Assembly: GCA_964293155.1 (NCBI GenBank)
Contig: CAXYYA010000028.1
Location: 1 to 48,569, forward strand
DNA length: 48,569 nucleotides
From: an uncultured Bacteroidales bacterium
GTDB taxonomy: Bacteria > Bacteroidota > Bacteroidia > Bacteroidales > Dysgonomonadaceae
Direction of reading: 5' to 3'
Below, in pieces: positions 20,091-29,696 of the stretch (within the stretch, counting starts at the first letter, position 1; every line of letters starts with the position of its first letter). The position numbers were made by a program, and so were the translations under genes. Under the pieces are notes generated by a model. It was not told the DNA's origin and searched no databases. It saw only the letters and a list, made by a program, of their open reading frames with translations.

Positions 20091-20134
20091 AAGATAAGGA
20101 AATGAAGTGGGTATAAAAAATGAGCTAAAGTTGG

Positions 20135-20659
20135 TTATTTGTTTGTTTTCAGCTTATAGTAGAACTCCCTGTTTTGGCGGGAAATAAATTCATCCGCGCA
20201 AGTTGCCGGTTGGAGGATATAACTTTCGCCGAACTTCACCCGAGCCGTATCGGTAAAAACCAGCGAAATGGAATCTTTTTCGGTGAGCGGGCCGATTCCT
20301 TCCAACAAGTTTCCGTCTTTCATCAGAAAGTATTTATCCACGTTGGATATCATTCCTTCCGACATAAAATTGAATACACCTTTCAGCGTATCGCCCGAAA
20401 CCTTGCCGTTGTATTCTCCGATGGAACTATCGCTCTCATAACGGTCGTAAAACAGAAATCCGTTGAAATCACTATCGGTGCGTTTCAGTTCCAGTCTCAC
20501 GGAATCCCGGTTTGCCGTTCCTAAAAAACAAAGTTTTTCCGTTGCCGGAACAAGTGTTGCCACCGAGTCGGTTTGAGCTGCGCTATTCCCGCTTTTGTTG
20601 TTGGTGCATGCCATCGCAAGCAATGCGATGCTTACCAGCGGCACAAAAAAATATTTCAT
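20135..20659 (-). CDS. Lipoprotein of unknown function (tandem paralog 2)
   Basis: 174 aa with a lipoprotein signal (LAMACTNNK). It aligns along its full length with the 19578-20090 product. Confidence 0.6.
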   Translation of the reverse strand: MKYFFVPLVSIALLAMACTNNKSGNSAAQTDSVATLVPATEKLCFLGTANRDSVRLELKRTDSDFNGFLFYDRYESDSSIGEYNGKVSGDTLKGVFNFMSEGMISNVDKYFLMKDGNLLEGIGPLTEKDSISLVFTDTARVKFGESYILQPATCADEFISRQNREFYYKLKTNK

Positions 20660-20729
20660 CAGTTAAGGGTATAAAATTAATTTTCCGATGTATTAACAAA
20701 TAACTGTTACCGAATGTTCTTTCGCCCCG

Positions 20730-21611
20730 TTATTTGTATATCAGTTTCTTCCCGGCCAATAAGGTGTTTTTCATCAATGAAACAATGGTCATTGGGCCAA
20801 CGCCTCCGGGAACGGGAGTGATGTACGAACATTTGGGCGCAACCTCGTCGAATGCCACATCGCCTTTCAATTTGAACCCCGATTTGGTTTTGTCGCTCGG
20901 CACACGTGTTGTGCCCACGTCAATAACCACAGCGCCTTCTTTTACCATATCGCCTTTCAAAAATTCGGGAACGCCCAGCGCAGCGATGATAATATCGGCT
21001 TGCAGACACATATCTTTGATGTTTTTTGTGCGGCTGTGGCAAACGGTTACGGTGCAATCGCCGGGATAGGCTTTTTGTAACATGAGCTGCGCCACAGGTT
21101 TACCTACGATATTGCTCCGCCCCAGCACAACACAATGCTTGCCACGGGTTTCAATTTCGTATCGTTTCAACAATTCCACGATTCCCGACGGCGTAGCCGA
21201 CAAAAAACACGGCATGCCGAGCGACATGCGGCCTACGTTCACGGGATGAAAGCCGTCAACATCTTTGCGGTAATTGATGGCTTCGGTGATTTTGTCTTCC
21301 GAAATGTGTTTGGGCAACGGCAGTTGCACGATGAAACCGTCAATATCGGCATCGTTGTTCAACCGATCTACGCAAGCGAGCAGTTCCTCTTCCGTAACAT
21401 CGTCTTCATAACGGATGAGCGTGGATTTAAAACCCACTTCTTCGCACGCTTTTACCTTGTTGGCCACGTAGGTTTCGCTGCCTCCGTCGTGTCCCACGAG
21501 AACGGCGGCCAAATGTGGCGTTTTTCCACCGTTGGCTCTAAGTTGCGTAACTTCTTCCGCGATTTCTTTTTTTATTTGGGCGGCTACGGCCTTTCCGTCG
21601 ATTAACTGCAT
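20730..21611 (-). CDS. folD: Bifunctional methylene-THF dehydrogenase / methenyl-THF cyclohydrolase
   Basis: [11 protein letters not shown] start and conserved FolD core. The track ORF extends 10 codons further upstream to 21641, but the internal Met is the canonical start. Confidence 0.9.
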   Translation of the reverse strand: MQLIDGKAVAAQIKKEIAEEVTQLRANGGKTPHLAAVLVGHDGGSETYVANKVKACEEVGFKSTLIRYEDDVTEEELLACVDRLNNDADIDGFIVQLPLPKHISEDKITEAINYRKDVDGFHPVNVGRMSLGMPCFLSATPSGIVELLKRYEIETRGKHCVVLGRSNIVGKPVAQLMLQKAYPGDCTVTVCHSRTKNIKDMCLQADIIIAALGVPEFLKGDMVKEGAVVIDVGTTRVPSDKTKSGFKLKGDVAFDEVAPKCSYITPVPGGVGPMTIVSLMKNTLLAGKKLIYK

Positions 21612-21661
21612 AATTATATTTTTTATTTGAGACGCAAGCATTGCGTCTCTACAACCCGCAA

Positions 21662-22987
21662 CTATCTTCTTCTCATATTTTTCATCATCGCTTTTCCGCC
21701 GCCGGTAGTCATCATACGCATCATTTTGCGGGTCTCGTCGAACTGTTTGAGCAGTTTGTTCACTTCCTGAACACTGGTTCCGCTTCCCAAAGCGATGCGT
21801 GCGCGGCGGCTGCCGTTCAGTATCTCGGGATTGGTGCGTTCTTTCGGCGTCATTGAGCGGATGATGGCTTCGATGCCTCTGAAAGCATCGTCGTCAATAT
21901 CCATATCTTTGATCTGTTTTCCAACACCGGGTATCATGGATGCCAAATCCTTGAGGTTACCCATTTTTTTGATTTGCTGGATTTGGGAAATGAAATCGTT
22001 GAAATCGAATTGATTTTTGGCGATCTTTTTCTGTAGGCGACGGGCTTCCTCTTCGTCGTATTGTTCCTGCGCTTTCTCAACCAGCGAAACAATGTCGCCC
22101 ATGCCGAGAATACGGTCGGCCATACGTTCGGGATGGAAAACATCAATCGCATCCAGCTTTTCGCCCGTTCCCACAAACTTAATAGGTTTGTTCACAACCG
22201 AGCGAATGGAAAGCGCGGCTCCGCCGCGGGTATCGCCGTCCAGCTTGGTAAGCACAACGCCGTTGAAATCGAGCCTGTCGTTAAATTCTTTTGCGGTGTT
22301 CACCGCATCCTGTCCGGTCATGGCATCCACAACGAAAAGGATTTCCTGCGGATTTACGGCATTCTTGATGGCGGTGATCTCGTTCATCATCTGCTCGTCA
22401 ATGGCCAGACGTCCTGCCGTGTCAATGATCACGAGGTCTTTACCGTGCTGACGGGCGTATTGAATGGCGTTTTGCGCGATCTTGACCGGATTTTTGTTCT
22501 CTTCTTCCGAATACACCGGCACGCCGATTTGCTCGCCCAGCACTTTCAACTGCTCAATGGCCGCAGGACGATATACGTCGCCGGCAACCAACAACGGATT
22601 TTTGCCGCGCTTGGATTTGAGCATGTTCGCCAGCTTTCCCGAAAACGTAGTTTTACCCGAACCTTGTAACCCCGACATCAGAATAATCGCCGGATTGCCC
22701 TTGATGTTAATATCGGTGGCGGTACCGCCCATGAGGGTTGCCAACTCGTCGTGGACGATCTTAACCATCAACTGGTCGGGTTTCACGGCGGTAAGCACGT
22801 CTTGCCCCATCGCTTTCTCCTTGACGGTTTCGGTGAAATCTTTGGCAGTTTTATAGTTCACGTCGGCATCGAGCAACGCGCGGCGCACTTCTTTTAGCGT
22901 AGAAGCAACGTTAATTTCGGTGATTCTTCCTTCACCTTTCAGTATCTTGAACGACCTTTCGAGCCTGTCACTTAAATTTTCAAACAT
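21662..22987 (-). CDS. ffh: Signal recognition particle protein Ffh
   Basis: 441 aa. The N/G domain carries GLQGSGKTT and the Met-rich M domain ends [10 protein letters not shown]. Confidence 0.95.
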   Translation of the reverse strand: MFENLSDRLERSFKILKGEGRITEINVASTLKEVRRALLDADVNYKTAKDFTETVKEKAMGQDVLTAVKPDQLMVKIVHDELATLMGGTATDINIKGNPAIILMSGLQGSGKTTFSGKLANMLKSKRGKNPLLVAGDVYRPAAIEQLKVLGEQIGVPVYSEEENKNPVKIAQNAIQYARQHGKDLVIIDTAGRLAIDEQMMNEITAIKNAVNPQEILFVVDAMTGQDAVNTAKEFNDRLDFNGVVLTKLDGDTRGGAALSIRSVVNKPIKFVGTGEKLDAIDVFHPERMADRILGMGDIVSLVEKAQEQYDEEEARRLQKKIAKNQFDFNDFISQIQQIKKMGNLKDLASMIPGVGKQIKDMDIDDDAFRGIEAIIRSMTPKERTNPEILNGSRRARIALGSGTSVQEVNKLLKQFDETRKMMRMMTTGGGKAMMKNMRRR

Positions 22988-23142
22988 CGTAATTTATCCT
23001 ATATTTTTATTGGGCTACAAAGATAGTGAAAATGCTTTATTTGGCAAAGACGTAAAGTTTATCCGCAATGTTTCGAGGCTGAGAATTTTCAGTAGTCATG
23101 GCTAAAGCCGGTGTTCACGTTTGCTGGGTTCTCCGCTTTAAA

Positions 23143-23291
23143 CAGGCTGTGTAAGAAACATCGCAACAGTATCATTTTGTCATTCCGACGATAGGAGGAA
23201 TCTTTATTTGTCATAAATTATAAACTCTTCACTCCGCAAAGCTGCGTTCAGAGTGACAAAAAGACACCTAATTTTCATTTTTACACAGCCT
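23143..23291. mobile_element. Second copy of the inner-family MITE, 149 bp and about 97 percent identical to 9536-9683
   Basis: Same TIRs and internal sequence. It is flanked by TTAAA/CTAAA. An isolated outer-family terminus, ATTGCGGATAATCA, lies at 23316-23329. Confidence 0.6.
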
Positions 23292-23850
23292 CTAAAAGCA
23301 GGGTTATTAAGACGTATTGCGGATAATCAAAAAAATGACTATTTTTGTGAACGGGAAAAACATTTGTAAATGCCCATTAATTTGGTTGATTATTAAATCG
23401 CATAAATGAAGATGTTGGCAACGATTTGTAAATGTAAACTACAAAAATTTGGTAAATGGACAAGATTTGGTTAATAACAATAGCAACTGCAATTTTTTTG
23501 ATCATAAATTTTCTTTTTTATAAAACGCTCAACGTGTATTACAAAGAGGAATTTGGCAAAAAGACGTGAAAATTAGGAGGAGGGAGAATATACTTTTGGC
23601 AGGCATCAATAATTGTCAGCACAATAGGTGCGTTGATAGCAATTTATTTTTTAAAATAGTAAACGTTCATCACACCCTTCCCGCTTACGCGGATTTCTCG
23701 TCATAACGAGCGCACAGGTTCGAGCGGTAATCGGTGTGTGCCGCAGGCAAGAGTTTACTTCGTAACACACGCTTTGCAAAAGCGCGCGAGCACAAGCGGG
23801 ACACGAAGTTTGTAACTTCGTGAACGAAGGCACAGCCATCGTCTCCCAAT

Positions 23851-23893
23851 AAAAAAATCCGCCAAACGCTTCATCGCTTGGCGGATTTTTTAT
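23851..23893. terminator. Bidirectional intrinsic terminator
   Basis: AAAAAAATCCGCCAA-ACGCTTCATCGC-TTGGCGGATTTTTTA. It lies directly after the stop of the 23913-24743 minus-strand gene, and the plus-strand side also carries a T-run. Confidence 0.6.
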
Positions 23894-23912
23894 ACAGTTG
23901 ATCTTTAAATTT

Positions 23913-24743
23913 CTACAAAGGTATTAAGTAAAATGCCGACACGGAAAACCCTGAACTTACTTTATAATCGGCAGCGCTATCTTTCGTAAACGGGAAATTG
24001 AGCGAATATCCAAATTGCAGCTCAAAATTGCCCAAATTTACACTCAAGGGGAGAAACAGCTGGACGTTTAACAAGCCGAATACTTCCTCGGGAGTGGTTG
24101 CAAGGTTTATGGTTTCTTTGGCAAAATAGCCCGAAATTTCAGGGCCGAAATAAAAACGGTTGTTTTTCCCAAAATCTAAAAAATAAAAACCGGCAAAAAC
24201 GCTCGGACTGAGCGTATAGAATGTCTGACTCCCGAAAAGCAAATTGTTGGAGATACGTGCTCCATACCAGTCTTTTCGGTACGAAAGCGTTAAGTTGGCA
24301 TTGTTTTCATAGGGATAAATGGCTGTGGTGTCGGAATTGTAAATGAGACGGCTGTATGAACCGCTGGCTCTGAAGTGCTTGCTTTTATCCAGGTAAAGGC
24401 CGTATCCAAGCGTCAGCATTGTTGTGGTGTAGCCGGGCGAAAGCTGGTCGTACCATATTCCGGATGCTCCTGCAAAGAGTCCGTATTTGCTGAAATAATA
24501 AACGTGACCACTTACATTCGCTAAGTCGGTACCGATTTCTCTGCCTGCAAAGAACGTTTTATTATTGTAATTAAGGCCTGCGTACAAAAAGTCTTTCTTT
24601 TCACTAATTATTTCAGACAATAAAGTTTCATCACTAAATATCAAATCATTTAGTAATGAGTCAATTCTATCGGTTTGAGCGGCGGCTGAAATACCGTATA
24701 GAAGGAACAATATAAAGAATGCTTTTTTCATATGTTTATTCAT
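23913..24743 (-). CDS. Secreted, probably outer-membrane protein of unknown function
   Basis: 276 aa with a signal peptide (FFILFLLYGISAAAQ). The composition is aromatic/Gly-rich and beta-strand-like. Confidence 0.5.
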   Translation of the reverse strand: MNKHMKKAFFILFLLYGISAAAQTDRIDSLLNDLIFSDETLLSEIISEKKDFLYAGLNYNNKTFFAGREIGTDLANVSGHVYYFSKYGLFAGASGIWYDQLSPGYTTTMLTLGYGLYLDKSKHFRASGSYSRLIYNSDTTAIYPYENNANLTLSYRKDWYGARISNNLLFGSQTFYTLSPSVFAGFYFLDFGKNNRFYFGPEISGYFAKETINLATTPEEVFGLLNVQLFLPLSVNLGNFELQFGYSLNFPFTKDSAADYKVSSGFSVSAFYLIPL

Positions 24744-24916
24744 TGATTTTTACATTATGGTCACATAGCTCATTCGAACGTACGAGAGAACACGCGTTTT
24801 AATTAATCCCCTGTTTCAAAATTATTCCGGTATGGCAGTTATTCCAATACCTTTAATAAAAACTTTTGAAAGAGCGTGAGCTCTTTCAAAAGTAATTTAA
24901 TTTTCATAATTAAGGT

Positions 24917-25558
24917 TTATTTGCCGCCACCTTTCATGCCGCCACCTTTTCCACCACCTTCGCCAAGCTGCTGCATTTGTTGCTGCATTTGCTGTTGCTG
25001 GCTGCCGGTAGATATATTCTGGTGTTCTCTGATTTGGTTGCGTTGTTGTTCCTTAACCTGTTCTTTGGTTTGCGTTGCAACTCCTTTGTTCAACCGGTTT
25101 TGATCTCTATACTGCAATTTCAGCATATTGCGTTGTTCTTCCGACAGAGAATTCATAAAGGCTTCTCTTTTTTCAGCTCTGGTCATCGTTTGGTTTTGAA
25201 GCAATTCAATTTGTTCGGGGGTAAGAGAGTTCTTGAATTGTTCGCGATTTCTCTGATTTACCATGCTCTGAATATCAGCATTTACCTGATTCCCTGTTGC
25301 TGAATGTAACCGATCCCGATCCCTCTGTTGCAATTGGTCAGCATCTTCAAGCGGATCGTGAATGCGGTCTCTTGTCTGGTCTTTCAACTGATCTTTCAGT
25401 TGATCTTTAGTTTGATCTTTGGTCTGATCTTTCAATTGATCCTTTTTTTCAATTTTGGTTTGGTCTTTTGCTCTTATAGGTGTGGTTTGAGCAAATGTAT
25501 TTGCGGCTAAAAAAAGAAAAGCTACAAATAAAACTCCGAAGATTGATTTTGTTTTCAT
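24917..25558 (-). CDS. Secreted LTXXQ-motif (Spy/CpxP-like) protein with KDQ[T/L] tetrapeptide repeats and a Gln/Gly-rich tail
   Basis: Signal peptide present. (KDQT/KDQL) x7 repeats. SLTPEQIELLQN...REAFMNSLSEEQRNMLKLQ are LTXXQ-type helices. The C-terminus is QQQQMQQQMQQLGEGGGKGGGMKGGGK. Confidence 0.6.
   Translation of the reverse strand: MKTKSIFGVLFVAFLFLAANTFAQTTPIRAKDQTKIEKKDQLKDQTKDQTKDQLKDQLKDQTRDRIHDPLEDADQLQQRDRDRLHSATGNQVNADIQSMVNQRNREQFKNSLTPEQIELLQNQTMTRAEKREAFMNSLSEEQRNMLKLQYRDQNRLNKGVATQTKEQVKEQQRNQIREHQNISTGSQQQQMQQQMQQLGEGGGKGGGMKGGGK
25368..25450. repeat. 12-bp tandem repeat (TGATCTTTNNNT, about 7 units) inside the LTXXQ gene, encoding KDQT/KDQL
   Basis: Visible directly as CTTTCAACTGATCTTTCAGTTGATCTTTAGTTTGATCTTTGGTCTGATCTTTCAATTGATC. 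Confidence 0.7.
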
Positions 25559-25691
25559 AATTCTTGTTTTTAATAATTAATTCGTTTCCGTTTTGTATAA
25601 GATAACCGAACAAGTCTTGTAATACCCTACTTTTTTATTGAGATTTTTTCAATTAAATACTTTTTTTACTTTGAAAGGCGGTTCCAGCGGT

Positions 25692-26948
25692 TTATCTTGG
25701 AGATTGTTTTCCGCCTTCTCTTCTCATTCCGCCACCTTCTTTTTCAACCGGAGTGTTGGACAACTGGTTTTTACGATTCCGTTGTTCATCTTTCACGTTC
25801 TCTTTTATTCCGTCTTTGTGAACATCTTTGCCGAATTCTATTTCAGTGTTTTGATCCCTGAGCAATTGTCTTTGTTCGTTTGTAAGGGATTTAATGAACG
25901 CTTTCTGTCTTTCAGTTCTGCTCAACGTTTTGTCTTCCAGAATGTCGAGTTGCTTTTGGGTCAGTGAGTTTCTGAATCGGTTTTTAGCCGGTTCCGCATT
26001 ATTGTCTGCTGTTTCCCCCTGGCGATTTTGAAGATTCGTGCGTTCCTGATTTTCGGTTTGCAGTTTTGTCTCCGCTTCGTCTAGTAAGTTTTTAATTTCG
26101 TTTAAATGATTTTCCTTTAGCTCATTCGACAAATTCGGTTCTACTTTTAACGGGGTTGGCTCCTGCAACTGAATTTTCTCCTGACTCATCGTTCTCTGCC
26201 TTTCCGGTTCGGGTTTCATTTCGTCTTTTGGAATGACGGCAGGTTTTTCTTCCGTGATATTCATATCTTTTTCTTCTACGGCTACAGTTACTTCCGGAGT
26301 TACCTCAGTAGGATTGTTGTGATGCTGAGAAATAATTTCGAACTGTTTATCCGCCTTCAGCCTTGCTTTCTGACCGGTCGTTATCACAACTTCGTTTTTT
26401 TCGGCAAACTCCACAAGCATCACTTTTCCATGTTCGCAATTCACCTGGTATTCATTTTCGCGAGCCGTTACCAAAAATCGTGTTCCTAAAACCACCGTTT
26501 TGGCCTTTTCAGAAACAACTTCGAACCTACTTCCGCTTTCCACTTCAAAATAAGCTTCGCCGTTTAGCTTTGTTGTCCGGCTGAACTTCCACAGCAAAGG
26601 TTTGTAGCTCAGCGACGAATTGGCGTGCAACACCACCTTGGAATTGTCCGGCAAAAGAAAACTCTTTTCAGCTATCACGGTTTTCACATTCTTTGTATAT
26701 AATGTTGCTGTAACAGCAAATGAAACCAATAAAGCGATCGAGGCTACTGCCGCGTATTTCAACAGTTGGAAATACCGGACGGGCTGAACTTTCTTCCCGG
26801 TTGGGTTAGCATCCAGTTTTGCTTCCATTTCCATCCAAATATCCTCTTTGGACCTGATCCATTGAGGTCGGGTGTTGGAAATGATATCTTCTACTTCCTT
26901 CGAAAATACGATATTTTCTTTTTCGGAATATGTATGTTTAATAATCAT
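25692..26948 (-). CDS. FecR-family anti-sigma factor with an extra C-terminal LTXXQ (Spy/CpxP-like) periplasmic domain
   Basis: 418 aa. The cytoplasmic N-domain is followed by one TM helix (AAVASIALLVSFAVTA) and a FecR domain (VVLHANSSLSYKP...GEAYFEVE...TRFLV). The C-terminus NSLTQKQLDILEDKTLSRTERQKAFIKSLTNEQRQLLRDQ matches the neighbouring secreted protein. Confidence 0.8.
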   Translation of the reverse strand: MIIKHTYSEKENIVFSKEVEDIISNTRPQWIRSKEDIWMEMEAKLDANPTGKKVQPVRYFQLLKYAAVASIALLVSFAVTATLYTKNVKTVIAEKSFLLPDNSKVVLHANSSLSYKPLLWKFSRTTKLNGEAYFEVESGSRFEVVSEKAKTVVLGTRFLVTARENEYQVNCEHGKVMLVEFAEKNEVVITTGQKARLKADKQFEIISQHHNNPTEVTPEVTVAVEEKDMNITEEKPAVIPKDEMKPEPERQRTMSQEKIQLQEPTPLKVEPNLSNELKENHLNEIKNLLDEAETKLQTENQERTNLQNRQGETADNNAEPAKNRFRNSLTQKQLDILEDKTLSRTERQKAFIKSLTNEQRQLLRDQNTEIEFGKDVHKDGIKENVKDEQRNRKNQLSNTPVEKEGGGMRREGGKQSPR

Positions 26949-26957
26949 AGGGTTTGG

Positions 26958-27440
26958 TTATAATAATGATTTTTTCAAAAATTGTAATGCTGCACTCATT
27001 CGTTTTTCTACAGCTTTCACACTTAAGCCCAGACGTTCGGCAATTTCCCAGTATTTCAAGCCCTCAATCCTCGACATTAGAAATACGGCTCGTTGCTTTT
27101 CGTTCAAACTGTTAAGTGCGATTTTATACTTTTCAAGTAACTCTTTGTGACTCAATGTATCTTCTGTCGAAGGCTCGTTACCGTAATAACGGATCGAAGC
27201 TATATAGTTCATTTCCAATACATCACGTCTATATTTACTAACAAACATGTCACCGGCAATTTTATAGAGGAGACGTTTTGCTGTTGTTTTATCTACCTCG
27301 AATTGTTTCTCCCAAAGCCGCATAAAAACCTCCTGTGCTATGTCTGAAGCATCATCCGGCCCCGCACCTCTATAATACAGGTAACCCCGTACCGAATCGA
27401 AGTAGGTATCGAACAAATATTTAAAATCCTCTTTTGTCAA
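26958..27440 (-). CDS. ECF (sigma-70 family) RNA polymerase sigma factor
   Basis: 160 aa. Region 2 is DIAQEVFMRLWEK and region 4 is KYWEIAERLGLSVKAVEKRMSAAL. It ends 9 bp before the anti-sigma gene start. Confidence 0.85.
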   Translation of the reverse strand: MTKEDFKYLFDTYFDSVRGYLYYRGAGPDDASDIAQEVFMRLWEKQFEVDKTTAKRLLYKIAGDMFVSKYRRDVLEMNYIASIRYYGNEPSTEDTLSHKELLEKYKIALNSLNEKQRAVFLMSRIEGLKYWEIAERLGLSVKAVEKRMSAALQFLKKSLL

Positions 27441-27708
27441 AATACAATGTACTTAACTTTGTTAGTATCCGAATGAATAAGCAAATACCCTACAATTTTT
27501 ATTATTATTCTTAATAAATTCCCGAAAATTATGAAAAATCAGGCATTTCAGGAAGATACCCATGAGTTTATTTCAACTTTTTTGACGATAAATAAACCGG
27601 CATTTTAAGTGGCACCGTGCTCAGCTATTTTTTCGCTGAATAAGGAATGGGCAATGCCGCAAGAAACGTTAGTGCCCGGTTTTATAATAAACAATATAAA
27701 TAAAGCGC

Positions 27709-28323
27709 TTATTTCACCAAATTCAAACCATCCTTTGCCGATTGATCCGTTGGCGAGATAATGAGAACCGTGTTGAAAAGCCGTTGCGCATCGTTCTTTT
27801 TCCCGAGGAAATATTTTGTCCAGGCGCTCATCAGCGTAGAGTAATAATCGAACGGATACATCTGTTGCACCAAATCGAAATATTTCTCGGCTTCCATAAA
27901 GTTTTTCCGATAATAATAAATGTTTCCCAGCGCGTAATTTACCCGCGAATTCACCTTGTCCAGCAAAAGAATTTTTTTGTAAACCGCTTCCAATTCATCG
28001 GTTTTTTTCTGCGCTTCCAGCGGATAGCACAGGCCGAGCAGCGCTTCAACCGCTTTAGGAGCTATGTCCACCGCTTTTTGGTAAAATTTCTTGCTGCTTT
28101 CGTAATCTTTGGAAAGATAATACAACCAACCCATTCTCAGAAATTTATGATAATCGAATCCATTCAGGCTGTTTAATTCGCTGATGGCTTTCTGGTAATC
28201 GCCTGACGACTCGTACTGATAACTGTTTGCAAAAACCTGCGAAGGATTCACCTGTGCCGATGCGGTAATTAAGCCCGCCGCCAGCAGAAAGGTGAGTACC
28301 GTTTTTTTAATTAAAAGTTCCAT
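27709..28323 (-). CDS. Secreted TPR-repeat protein
   Basis: 204 aa with a signal peptide. The TPR-like repeats are rich in Y, K, A and L. Its start overlaps the upstream gene stop by 13 nt. Confidence 0.65.
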   Translation of the reverse strand: MELLIKKTVLTFLLAAGLITASAQVNPSQVFANSYQYESSGDYQKAISELNSLNGFDYHKFLRMGWLYYLSKDYESSKKFYQKAVDIAPKAVEALLGLCYPLEAQKKTDELEAVYKKILLLDKVNSRVNYALGNIYYYRKNFMEAEKYFDLVQQMYPFDYYSTLMSAWTKYFLGKKNDAQRLFNTVLIISPTDQSAKDGLNLVK

Positions 28324-29696
28324 TGTAACGCGAGATTTAAAAGATGATTATTATATTTGTATGTTGTGTAATTGGTTGACGAATAGGCGTATCCTTCCCT
28401 TTGTTGCCATTGATATCCGGCCGATAACATGGTTTTTTTGATAAAATAGGAGAGGGAAGCACCCGCAAGGGCTTTAACGGGATCGTACGTGTCGTAAACT
28501 AAAAATGAGTGCCCGGTAATGTAATTTTGATGATTCCCGATGCTGAACGCCCCATCCAGCCACAGCGATTTGGCTAATTTTACACCCAAATTTTGAGAAA
28601 AAACAACTTGTGTGCCTGTCCAGGCGTTTTGGTTGTAGATGGCTGCAAGAGCGGTTGTTCCGTAAAAATCGAGGTTTCCCAGCGGATAATAAGTGAGCGA
28701 TCCTTTTGCCTGATACTGATGTCCGCCGCCGAAATTGGAATAAGCCACGGCAATTTCGGGCAAGGTGTACGCAGAGCGTTTGTTAAGAAATGCCAGCATG
28801 GAGAAAGCCGAAATCGTGTTTCCGGTTGATGCGGTGTAATATATGGAAGGATAATAAAAACCGCCTCCGCCAGGGCCCCCGCCTCCTCCACCCGGGCCGT
28901 ATCCGCCGGCACGCGTTCCCATAGTGGCAGATGCAACAGCGGTCGTAGTGTACGGGATCGCTTTATCAATCTTTTCGATGTTGTAATACGCGCCGGCAAA
29001 TCCCCAGGTAACGTTATTATCCGAGAAAAAATCAAATCCGGCGATCAATTGATGTTGAGACAATCTCTCTTCTTTTACCAATCCCGTGCTGTTTGACCGC
29101 TGAAACTTGGTGTTATACAGTTGATATCCGAGTTTTAGCTTGGCCTTGTCGGAGAGTTTAAACCCAACGCCCAGCGTAGTGAATACCATATCCTGAAACT
29201 GGTTCAGCGAATCGTAGCCCATAAAATTTGAACGCAGATCGGGTTTGTTGTCGTTCGTAAGATAACCGCCTGAGAGCGCAATAAAATCCATCGCCGAAGG
29301 CGAATATCCGATAGCGGCCTGCGTGTGTGGCGCGAGCGATTTGGCAAGTATATCGGCATTGTTTTTCTGGCCGCTCAGCAGGTAGGCGTAATACAGGCTT
29401 TCCAACAGAGCCGGCTCGGTGGAAGTTTCTGCAAGCGTTTTTTTGTAAAATTCCGCCGCTTTGGCATAATTTTTCAGTTCATAATAAGCAATAGCGGTGC
29501 GGTAATTCAGATAATAAAAATCAATGTTTTGCGCCTGCGCCTGTTTGCTGGTCTCAATCAGATTTTTATAATCCTTTTGCAGGTATTGCTGATAGGTAAT
29601 GCTGTCAATGCGGGTTGCTTCCGGGCTTTGTTGCGCCTGTAGCGCAAACGTCCACATCATCATTACCGTTGCGAATGTTATACCCATTCGATACAT
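28311..29696 (-). CDS. Outer-membrane protein with an N-terminal TPR-like region and a C-terminal beta-barrel-like domain with a Gly-rich loop
   Basis: 461 aa with a signal peptide. TPR-like helices are followed by a GGYGPGGGGGGPGGGG tract. The strand pattern alternates aromatic/hydrophobic residues and the protein ends NLALQWNF (terminal Phe). Confidence 0.5.
   Translation of the reverse strand: MYRMGITFATVMMMWTFALQAQQSPEATRIDSITYQQYLQKDYKNLIETSKQAQAQNIDFYYLNYRTAIAYYELKNYAKAAEFYKKTLAETSTEPALLESLYYAYLLSGQKNNADILAKSLAPHTQAAIGYSPSAMDFIALSGGYLTNDNKPDLRSNFMGYDSLNQFQDMVFTTLGVGFKLSDKAKLKLGYQLYNTKFQRSNSTGLVKEERLSQHQLIAGFDFFSDNNVTWGFAGAYYNIEKIDKAIPYTTTAVASATMGTRAGGYGPGGGGGGPGGGGFYYPSIYYTASTGNTISAFSMLAFLNKRSAYTLPEIAVAYSNFGGGHQYQAKGSLTYYPLGNLDFYGTTALAAIYNQNAWTGTQVVFSQNLGVKLAKSLWLDGAFSIGNHQNYITGHSFLVYDTYDPVKALAGASLSYFIKKTMLSAGYQWQQREGYAYSSTNYTTYKYNNHLLNLALQWNF

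Noticed and set aside
23651-23839. 62-aa minus-strand ORF
   Set aside because: It is Cys/Arg-rich and low-complexity, inside a hairpin-dense non-coding stretch. It is more plausibly structured RNA than protein.
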